From the NCBI GenBank assembly GCA_947474275.1, contig CANJHY010000001.1, positions 274 through 64,273 on the forward strand: 64,000 nt of DNA, in the 5' to 3' direction. Both the position numbers and the translations under genes were made by a program. The first letter of the stretch is position 1. The number at the start of each line of letters is the position of its first letter. Positions 56,089 to 64,000 of this stretch are shown here, one piece after another. Source of the stretch: Betaproteobacteria bacterium (GTDB lineage: Bacteria; Pseudomonadota; Gammaproteobacteria; Burkholderiales; SG8-41). The notes below the pieces were generated by a model. It saw only the letters and a list, made by a program, of their open reading frames with translations. It did not search any database and was not told the origin of the DNA.

Positions 56089-56447
56089 GCTTCGAAGTTG
56101 TTATCCAGATAAGCGTTGATGGGCAGATCGTCGCTCAGCAGGCTGACGTCGATTTCGGCGATGTCATTGGCCTGTATCACCACCTGCCAGTAAGTGGCAC
56201 CGGTCAGGCTCAATACCAGCAGGCCGAGCGCGAGCAGATTGCGTGCATTGAAATGGCGGTTATGGCTGACACGGAATGCCATGTCGCCGGCCCAGGCGAG
56301 GCCGAACACCGGCTGCGGCGCTTCGCGGTAGCGGTCAAGCGCTGCCTGACGCGACGATTGCAGCTGGTACGCGGTGCCCTGCTTGATATTGCCCAGCCCC
56401 TGATTGAGGCGCTGGATGATTTTGCCTGCTAGTTCCTGTTCATTCAT
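56064..56447 (-). CDS. DUF3619-family protein (putative anti-sigma partner)
   Basis: Directly downstream of, and overlapping, the ECF sigma gene. A single TM segment. Confidence 0.6.
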   Translation of the reverse strand: MNEQELAGKIIQRLNQGLGNIKQGTAYQLQSSRQAALDRYREAPQPVFGLAWAGDMAFRVSHNRHFNARNLLALGLLVLSLTGATYWQVVIQANDIAEIDVSLLSDDLPINAYLDNNFEAWLKRSSQ

Positions 56448-57010
56448 AGCGAAATTCCCTTATCTTTCAGCAGCTCCGCCAATGCATGCGTGGCTCGTGA
56501 GCAGTGAGTTTTCACGCTCCCTTCCGAGCAACCCATGACTGCCGCCGCTTCTGCGACATCCATTTCCTCCCAATAACGCAGCAGGAACGCTTGGCGTTGA
56601 CGTTGCGGCAGCTTATGGAGTGCTTTTTCAATGATTTCAAGCGTTTGGGCTTGCTGCAACTGATCCGAAGGCGCGCCCTGCGGATTGGAGTTCGATTGCA
56701 CCTCCAAAGTTTCCAGCGGATCGTAGTCGTCGTCGCCGTCAGGCCCGCCCAGCGACGACATCTGGGTTGTCCACAGGGAGCGCACTTTCTGGCGCCGGAA
56801 ATAATCCCGTATGGTGTTCTGCAAAATGCGCTGAAACAGCATCGGCAGCTCCACCGCCGGGCGCGCCGCGTACTTGTTGGACAGTTTCATCATCGCGTCC
56901 TGCACCGCGTCCAGCGCGACCTGTTCGTCGCGCGCGGCGAAAAACGCCTGCTTGAACGCGCGGCGTTCGACCGCGGCGAGAAAGTCCGAAAGTTCCTTGC
57001 GGGTAGCCAG
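56444..57010 (-). CDS. ECF-type RNA polymerase sigma-70 factor (start uncertain; ORF open to 57214)
   Basis: The conserved core begins ATRKELSDFLAAVERRAFKQA and ends in a region 4 HTH (VAEAAAVMGCSEGSVKTHCSRA). The only in-frame starts are CTG 57010, ATG 57163, GTG 57184 and TTG 57214. Confidence 0.75.
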   Translation of the reverse strand: MATRKELSDFLAAVERRAFKQAFFAARDEQVALDAVQDAMMKLSNKYAARPAVELPMLFQRILQNTIRDYFRRQKVRSLWTTQMSSLGGPDGDDDYDPLETLEVQSNSNPQGAPSDQLQQAQTLEIIEKALHKLPQRQRQAFLLRYWEEMDVAEAAAVMGCSEGSVKTHCSRATHALAELLKDKGISL

Positions 57011-57321
57011 TGGAATCCGCCTTTGTGATGAGCCCGGTCGCGCCGGGCTTCGCGTTGTGTTTATGCTGCGCAGTGGCCACGACGTAGAGCGCTCCGAAAT
57101 AACGTGTGCGCTCTTCCCGGCGTTGACGCCGTTTCGACTGCGGGCTGAATTTATCCAAGGCATCTTAACAAAACGCGTAGTCACTGCAAGTTGACCCGCG
57201 CCGTATATTGCCAAGTCGGCGGTATCATGCTGTTTAATCAGATATTTAGCTTGACCAAACGAGGCGTAAAAGGTATCGTTCGCGGTTCTGTGTTTCGCTT
57301 GTAAATCAACAAGGTTGAGCT

Positions 57322-59037
57322 ATGGAATTGAACGGCGCCGAGATCGTGGTGCGTTGTTTGCAGGGAGAGGGCGTCGATTACGTGTTCGGCTACCCGGGCG
57401 GCGCCGTGCTGCACCTTTACGACGCATTGTTCAAGCAGGACAAAGTGAAGCACATCCTGGCCCGTCATGAGCAGGGGGCGGTCCACGCCGCTGACGGCTA
57501 TTCGCGCTCAACCGAAAAAATCGGCGTCGCGCTGGTCACCTCGGGTCCCGGCGTGACCAATGCCATCACCGGCATCGCGACCGCCTACATGGATTCGATC
57601 CCCATGGTGATCATCACTGGCCAGGTGCCGACGCACGCGATCGGCCAGGACGCGTTCCAGGAATGCGACACCGTCGGCATTACACGCCCCTGCGTGAAGC
57701 ACAACTTCCTGATCAAGGACGTGAAAGACATCGCGGCCACTATCAAGAAAGCGTTTTACATCGCGGGGACGGGACGGCCGGGCCCGGTGGTGGTCGATAT
57801 TCCGAAAGACATCACTTCGCCGGCGGCGAAAGCCGAATTCGAATATCCGAAGTCGGTCAGCATGCGCTCGTACAACCCGGTCGTGAAAGGCCATGCCGGT
57901 CAGATCAAGAAAGCGGTGCAGCTTCTGATGCGAGCGAAGCGGCCGATGATCTACGCCGGTGGCGGCGTCGTGCTCGGCAACGCGGCAGCGGAACTCGCCC
58001 AGCTCGTGCGTTTGCTTGGCTTCCCCTGCACCAACACATTGATGGGGCTGGGCGGTTATCCGGCCACCGACCGCCAGTTCGTCGGCATGCTCGGCATGCA
58101 CGGCACTTATGAAGCCAACATGGCGATGCAGCACTGCGACGTGCTGCTGGCGATAGGGGCGCGTTTCGACGATCGCGTGATCGGCAATCCCAAGCATTTC
58201 TTCGAGGAGCCGCGCACCATCATCCACGTCGACGTCGATCCGTCTTCGATTTCGAAGCGCGTCAAGGTCGATGTGCCCATCGTCGGCAACGTGCGCCCGG
58301 TGCTGCAGGAGCTCATCAAGCAGGCGCAGGCATCCAGGGACAAACCGGACGCCGGCGGGTTGAAGGCGTGGTGGAAGCAGATCGACCAGTGGCGCGGGCG
58401 CGATTGCCTCAAGTACGCGCGCACGTCCAAGATCATCAAGCCACAGTTCGTGATCGAAAAGCTCTGGGAGCTGACGAAAGGCGATGCATTTGTGACGTCC
58501 GACGTCGGCCAGCACCAGATGTGGGCGGCGCAATACTACAAGTTCGACAAACCGCGGCGCTGGATCAACTCTGGCGGGCTCGGCACCATGGGGTTCGGTC
58601 TGCCGGCGGCGATGGGCGTGCGGCTCGCCCACCCCAAGGCGACGGTCGCCTGCATCACCGGCGAGGGCAGCATCCAGATGTGCATCCAGGAATTGTCGAC
58701 CTGCAAGCAGTACCATTTGCCGATCAAGATCATCAACCTCAACAACCGCTACCTCGGCATGGTGCGGCAATGGCAGCAGGTCGATTATTCGAGCCGCTAT
58801 TCGGAGTCGTACATGGATGCCCTGCCGGATTTCGTCAAGCTCGCGGAAGCGTACGGCCACGTCGGTATGCTGATCGACAAGCCGGCCGACGTCGAGCCGG
58901 CCCTCAAAGAAGCGTTGAAGTTGAAGGATCGCCTGGTGTTCATGGACTTCATTACCGATCAGACCGAGAACGTGTGGCCGATGGTGAAGGCGGGCCGCGG
59001 CCTCTCCGAGATGCTGCTCGGTTCGGAAGATCTCTAA
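57322..59037 (+). CDS. ilvI: acetolactate synthase, large (catalytic) subunit
   Basis: ThDP enzyme motifs (GYPGGAVL, GGLGTMGFGLPAAMG) at 571 aa. Confidence 0.93.
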   Translation: MELNGAEIVVRCLQGEGVDYVFGYPGGAVLHLYDALFKQDKVKHILARHEQGAVHAADGYSRSTEKIGVALVTSGPGVTNAITGIATAYMDSIPMVIITGQVPTHAIGQDAFQECDTVGITRPCVKHNFLIKDVKDIAATIKKAFYIAGTGRPGPVVVDIPKDITSPAAKAEFEYPKSVSMRSYNPVVKGHAGQIKKAVQLLMRAKRPMIYAGGGVVLGNAAAELAQLVRLLGFPCTNTLMGLGGYPATDRQFVGMLGMHGTYEANMAMQHCDVLLAIGARFDDRVIGNPKHFFEEPRTIIHVDVDPSSISKRVKVDVPIVGNVRPVLQELIKQAQASRDKPDAGGLKAWWKQIDQWRGRDCLKYARTSKIIKPQFVIEKLWELTKGDAFVTSDVGQHQMWAAQYYKFDKPRRWINSGGLGTMGFGLPAAMGVRLAHPKATVACITGEGSIQMCIQELSTCKQYHLPIKIINLNNRYLGMVRQWQQVDYSSRYSESYMDALPDFVKLAEAYGHVGMLIDKPADVEPALKEALKLKDRLVFMDFITDQTENVWPMVKAGRGLSEMLLGSEDL

Positions 59038-59047
59038 GGGGGCGGCG

Positions 59048-59539
59048 ATGCGACATATTATTTCCGTGCTCCTCGAAAACGAACCTGGCGCGCTGTCGCG
59101 CGTGGTGGGATTGTTTTCCGCGCGCGGCTACAACATTGAAACGCTGACGGTGGCGCCGACCGAGGACGTGACGCTGTCGCGCATGACGATAGTGACCGCG
59201 GGTTCGGACGAGGTGATCGAGCAGATCAACAAGCAGCTCAACAAGCTGATCGAAGTGGTGAAGGTGATTGATTTGTCCGATGGCGATCACATCGAGCGCG
59301 AACTGATGCTGGTCAAGGTGCGCGCGGTGGGCAAGGACCGCGAGGAAATGAAACGCATGGCCGATATTTTCCGCGGTCGCATCATCGACGTCACCGACAA
59401 GGACTATACGATCGAGTTGACGGGCACCGGCTCAAAGCTCGATGCGTTCCTGAACGCCATCGATCGCCGCGCGATCCTGGAGACCGTGCGCACCGGCGCG
59501 TCCGGCATCGGTCGCGGCGACCGCATACTTAAAATCTAG
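59048..59539 (+). CDS. ilvH: acetolactate synthase, small (regulatory) subunit
   Basis: [33 protein letters not shown]-type ACT domain. Confidence 0.93.
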   Translation: [163 protein letters not shown]

Positions 59540-60643
<1,104 letters not shown>

Positions 60644-60714
60644 TGAGGTGAGAGGAGTGAGGCGGAGCTAACCCGCCGCTTTCGCCCCTCACGCCTTGCG
60701 CCGCACACCTCACC

Positions 60715-61356
60715 ATGAATTATCCCCACCCGTTTATCGCGCGTGAAGGCTGGCCGTTTGTTGCCGGTGCTTTTGCGGCGGCGCTGGCTATCACGATTTT
60801 CGCGGGCTGGGCGTGGTCGTTATTCTTCTGGTTCATCGCGTTTTTTGTCCTGCAGTTTTTCCGCGATCCAGCGCGCTCGATCCCGGGCGCCCCGCGCGCG
60901 GTGCTTTCACCTGCTGACGGGCGCGTGGTGGTGGTCGAGCGGGCGCAGGATCCTTATCTGAAACGCGATGCCATCAAGCTGAGCGTGTTCATGAACGTAT
61001 TCAACGTGCATTCCAACCGCAGCCCGGTCGATGGCGAAGTCAGCGAAGTGTGGTACCACCCGGGCAGCTTCCTCAACGCGGCCTTGCCCAAGGCATCGCT
61101 GGAAAACGAGCGCAACGCCTTGTGGATAAAAACCGCAGATGGTACCGATGTCACCTGCGTGCAGGTTGCCGGGCTGATCGCGCGCCGCATCCTGTGCTAC
61201 GTCAAAGCTGGCGATAAGCTCGCGCGGGGGCAGCGTTACGGTTTCATCCGCTTCGGCTCGCGCGTCGATGTCTATCTGCCGCTGTCGGCGGTGCCGAAAG
61301 TCGCGGTCGGCGACAAGGTGTACGCTTCGGCGACAGTTATCGCGGAACTGGGGTAA
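60715..61356 (+). CDS. psd: phosphatidylserine decarboxylase proenzyme (short type)
   Basis: 213 aa with a [10 protein letters not shown] self-cleavage region, upstream of pssA. Confidence 0.85.
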   Translation: MNYPHPFIAREGWPFVAGAFAAALAITIFAGWAWSLFFWFIAFFVLQFFRDPARSIPGAPRAVLSPADGRVVVVERAQDPYLKRDAIKLSVFMNVFNVHSNRSPVDGEVSEVWYHPGSFLNAALPKASLENERNALWIKTADGTDVTCVQVAGLIARRILCYVKAGDKLARGQRYGFIRFGSRVDVYLPLSAVPKVAVGDKVYASATVIAELG

Positions 61357-61361
61357 CCATC

Positions 61362-62189
61362 ATGTACGAGCCAAAACAAAGATGGCTGGGCAAGGGTGGC
61401 AGGATACGCCGCCGCGGCATCTACTGGCTGCCCAACCTCTTCACGACGGTGGCGCTGTTCGCGGGCTTTTTTTCCATCGTGCAGGCGATGAACGGGCGCT
61501 TCGAGCAGTCGGCACTCGCCATTTTTGTCGCGCTGGTATTCGACGGGTTGGATGGCCGCGTGGCGCGCTTCACGCACACGCAGAGCGCATTTGGCGCCGA
61601 ATACGACAGCCTGTCGGACATGGTGTCGTTCGGTGTGGCGCCGGCGCTGGTGGTCTACGTATGGGCGCTCAAGGATTTCTCCGGCGCGCAGAATATTCCG
61701 ATGCTCGGCACGTGGGTGACGACCAAGCTCGGCTGGATAGCCGCGTTCATCTATTGCGCTTGTGCGGCATTGCGGCTTGCGCGTTTTAATACCCAGCTTG
61801 AGGTCGCCGACAAGCGATTCTTCCAGGGCCTGCCGAGCCCGGCCGCCGCCTGCGTCGTCGCCGGATTGGTGTGGGCGATGGATGAGCACCAGATCCGCGG
61901 CGCGGACGTCAAGTGGCTGGCGTGGGTGCTGACGATGTTCGCCGGTCTTACGATGGTGAGCAACTTCAAGTATTACAGCGGCAAGGACATCAATCCGCGC
62001 AAAAGCGTGTCGTTTCCCGCAGTGGTGGCGATTGCTCTGGCGGTAGTGGCGCTGGTCGCGGTATCGAGCACCTTGCCCGAAATGTTATTCATCCTGTTCA
62101 TCTGCTACGCTTTGTCCGGTTACGTATTCGCCGTGCTCGACATAATCCGGAGCAAAGGGCGTCTTCCCCCGGCCGCTCCGCCGTCTTGA
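61362..62189 (+). CDS. pssA: CDP-diacylglycerol--serine O-phosphatidyltransferase
   Basis: CDP-alcohol phosphatidyltransferase motif DGLDGRVAR...G.E.DSLSD. Confidence 0.88.
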   Translation: MYEPKQRWLGKGGRIRRRGIYWLPNLFTTVALFAGFFSIVQAMNGRFEQSALAIFVALVFDGLDGRVARFTHTQSAFGAEYDSLSDMVSFGVAPALVVYVWALKDFSGAQNIPMLGTWVTTKLGWIAAFIYCACAALRLARFNTQLEVADKRFFQGLPSPAAACVVAGLVWAMDEHQIRGADVKWLAWVLTMFAGLTMVSNFKYYSGKDINPRKSVSFPAVVAIALAVVALVAVSSTLPEMLFILFICYALSGYVFAVLDIIRSKGRLPPAAPPS

Positions 62190-62236
62190 CTGTCGCTACT
62201 TGCCAGCCCGCGCAAAACCCTTTATATTTTGACCCC

Positions 62237-62320
62237 ATGAGTTCCACGCACCAGGCCACCATGCTTTGCCCTCTTGCCAGCCCCCTGCTGGCAGGCCTGC
62301 TGCTGCGCGTCGCGCGCTAA
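62237..62320 (+). promoter_or_regulatory. candidate Leu-rich leader peptide ORF upstream of leuA
   Basis: MSSTHQATMLCPLASPLLAGLLLRVAR has 7 Leu in 27 codons, including LL and LLL runs, and lies about 120 nt upstream of leuA. No clean terminator hairpin was identified. Confidence 0.3.
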
Positions 62321-62439
62321 ATACTCCTACTTAAATTCGTTTTTGTTGTGCAGCCGGGCGTAAGAAAACCCGGGATGATCCATGATTTTCGTGCGCGCGC
62401 CGGACGGCGTGCCACGATGCAGTCAGACTGGAGAAGCTC

Positions 62440-63981
62440 ATGAGCAAGGAAAAACTGATCATATTCGACACCACGATGCGCGATGGCGAGCAAAGTCCCG
62501 GCGCCGCGATGACGAAGGAAGAAAAGCTGCGCATCGCGCGCCAGCTCGAACGCATGCACGTCGATGTCATCGAGGCCGGGTTCCCGGCGGCGAGCGACGG
62601 AGATTTCGAGTCGGTCAAGGCGGTGGCGGCGGCAGTGCGCGACAGTACGGTATGCGGGCTCGCGCGCGCCAACGAAAAGGACGTGCGGCGGTGTGGAGAG
62701 GCGGTCAAAGGCGCCCGCTCGCCGCGAGTGCATACATTTATCGCGACCAGCCCCATTCATATGGAAAAGAAACTGCGTATGGAACCGACGCAGGTGATCG
62801 ATCAGGCGGTGCGCGCGGTGAAATGGGCGCGCGACTACACCGATAACGTCGAGTTTTCCCCGGAAGACGCCGGCCGCTCGGATATCGATTTTTTATGCCG
62901 CATACTGGAGCAGGTGATTGCGGCGGGTGCAACCACCATCAACGTCCCCGACACCGTCGGTTACACCCTGCCGGAACATTTCGGTGGCTTGATCCGTCAA
63001 TTGCGCGAACGCATCCCGAATTCCGACAAGGCCGTATGGTCGGTCCATTGCCACAACGATCTTGGCCTGGCGGTCGCCAACTCGCTGGCCGCGGTGTTGA
63101 ATGGCGCGCGCCAGGTCGAATGCACGATCAATGGTCTCGGCGAGCGCGCCGGCAATGCTTCGCTCGAGGAAATCGTCATGGCGGTGCGCACGCGCCAGGA
63201 TGTGTTCCCGTGCGACACCGGCATCGATGCGACGCAGATCGTGCCGGCGTCGAAACTGGTCTCGGGCATCACCGGTTACCCGGTGCAGCCCAACAAGGCA
63301 ATCGTCGGCGCCAACGCGTTCGCCCACGAGTCCGGCATCCACCAGGATGGCGTGCTGAAGCACCGCGAAACCTACGAGATCATGAGCGCCGAGACCGTCG
63401 GCTGGACGACCAACCGCCTGACGCTGGGCAAGCTCTCGGGGCGCAACGCGTTCAAGTCGAGGCTGCACGAAATCGGCATCGACCTCGAGTCCGAGGAAGC
63501 GCTCAACGCCGCATTCAAGCGCTTCAAGACCCTCGCCGACAAAAAACGCGAAATCTACGACGAGGACCTGCAGGCGCTGATTACCGAAGAAAACCTCGAG
63601 CATGTCGAGAACGAGCGCTATCGCCTGGTGTCGCTGACCGCGCATTCGGAGACCGGTGCATTGCCGTTCGCGAAAATCGTGCTGTCGGAAGACGGCAAGG
63701 AAAAGCCGGCCCAGTCCCAGGGCAGCGGTCCGGTCGACGCTTCGTTCAAAGCCATCGAGAGCCTCGTCAACAGCGGAGCGGAGCTGCTGCTGTATTCGGT
63801 CAACAACATTACCAGCGGGACCGACTCGCAGGGCGAGGTGACGGTGCGGTTGTCGAAGACGGGGCGCATCGTCAACGGCCAGGGCGCGGACACCGATATC
63901 GTCGTGGCATCGGCCAAGGCTTACATCAATGCGCTGAACAAGCTGCATTCCAAGCTGGAGCGCCTGAACCCGCAGGTGTAG
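62440..63981 (+). CDS. leuA: 2-isopropylmalate synthase
   Basis: [14 protein letters not shown] and [16 protein letters not shown] at 513 aa. Confidence 0.95.
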   Translation: MSKEKLIIFDTTMRDGEQSPGAAMTKEEKLRIARQLERMHVDVIEAGFPAASDGDFESVKAVAAAVRDSTVCGLARANEKDVRRCGEAVKGARSPRVHTFIATSPIHMEKKLRMEPTQVIDQAVRAVKWARDYTDNVEFSPEDAGRSDIDFLCRILEQVIAAGATTINVPDTVGYTLPEHFGGLIRQLRERIPNSDKAVWSVHCHNDLGLAVANSLAAVLNGARQVECTINGLGERAGNASLEEIVMAVRTRQDVFPCDTGIDATQIVPASKLVSGITGYPVQPNKAIVGANAFAHESGIHQDGVLKHRETYEIMSAETVGWTTNRLTLGKLSGRNAFKSRLHEIGIDLESEEALNAAFKRFKTLADKKREIYDEDLQALITEENLEHVENERYRLVSLTAHSETGALPFAKIVLSEDGKEKPAQSQGSGPVDASFKAIESLVNSGAELLLYSVNNITSGTDSQGEVTVRLSKTGRIVNGQGADTDIVVASAKAYINALNKLHSKLERLNPQV

Positions 63982-64000
63982 CCGTGCGGACGACATTAAA

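Noticed and set aside
57227-57304. 25-codon ORF (MLFNQIFSLTKRGVKGIVRGSVFRL) upstream of ilvI as an ilv attenuation leader.
   Set aside because: Branched-chain residues are scattered (8 of 25) with no runs. No terminator-like structure follows, so the ORF is not distinguishable from chance.

Overview
GC-rich chromosomal window. Gene content and synteny (pepA-holC-valS opposite lptFG; ilvIH-ilvC-psd-pssA-leuA; a truncated sox cluster) fit a sulfur-oxidising betaproteobacterium. All calls come from reading the supplied ORF translations and the DNA by eye, with no searches run. Layout: (1) 1-2.1 kb frc plus a formyltransferase-like gene. (2) 2.4-14.0 kb, one long same-strand sensory operon: CHASE2-Ser/Thr kinase (interrupted by an in-frame TAG), PP2C, double-FHA protein, CHASE2-adenylate cyclase, class II cAMP phosphodiesterase, GAF-fused GspE/PilB-type ATPase, GAF-HD-GYP. 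(3) 14.1-29.0 kb, an accessory glycosylation-type island with six paralogous TPR + GT9-like (GT-B) proteins, three FkbM methyltransferase domains, GT2 and GT8-like transferases and a 2OG-oxygenase-like protein. (4) 29.2-31.2 kb, three tandem type IV pilin genes created partly by a ~0.85 kb tandem duplication that left a pilin 5' remnant; two copies carry sigma54-type promoters. (5) 31.3-38.5 kb, soxY-soxZ-soxXA(fused)-soxB and moaC, bracketed by two further TPR-fused transferase-like genes. (6) 38.6-64 kb, mostly housekeeping genes plus a cNMP-binding Ser/Thr kinase that lacks the beta3 VAIK segment, a TusA/thioredoxin-like/LplA-like trio, and a ValS with a ~210-aa in-frame N-terminal extension. 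The best candidates for an undescribed system are the TPR-GT9 paralog array next to the pilins and the cAMP/phospho-Thr/GAF-ATPase operon. No rRNA, tRNA, CRISPR array, transposase or integrase was recognised.
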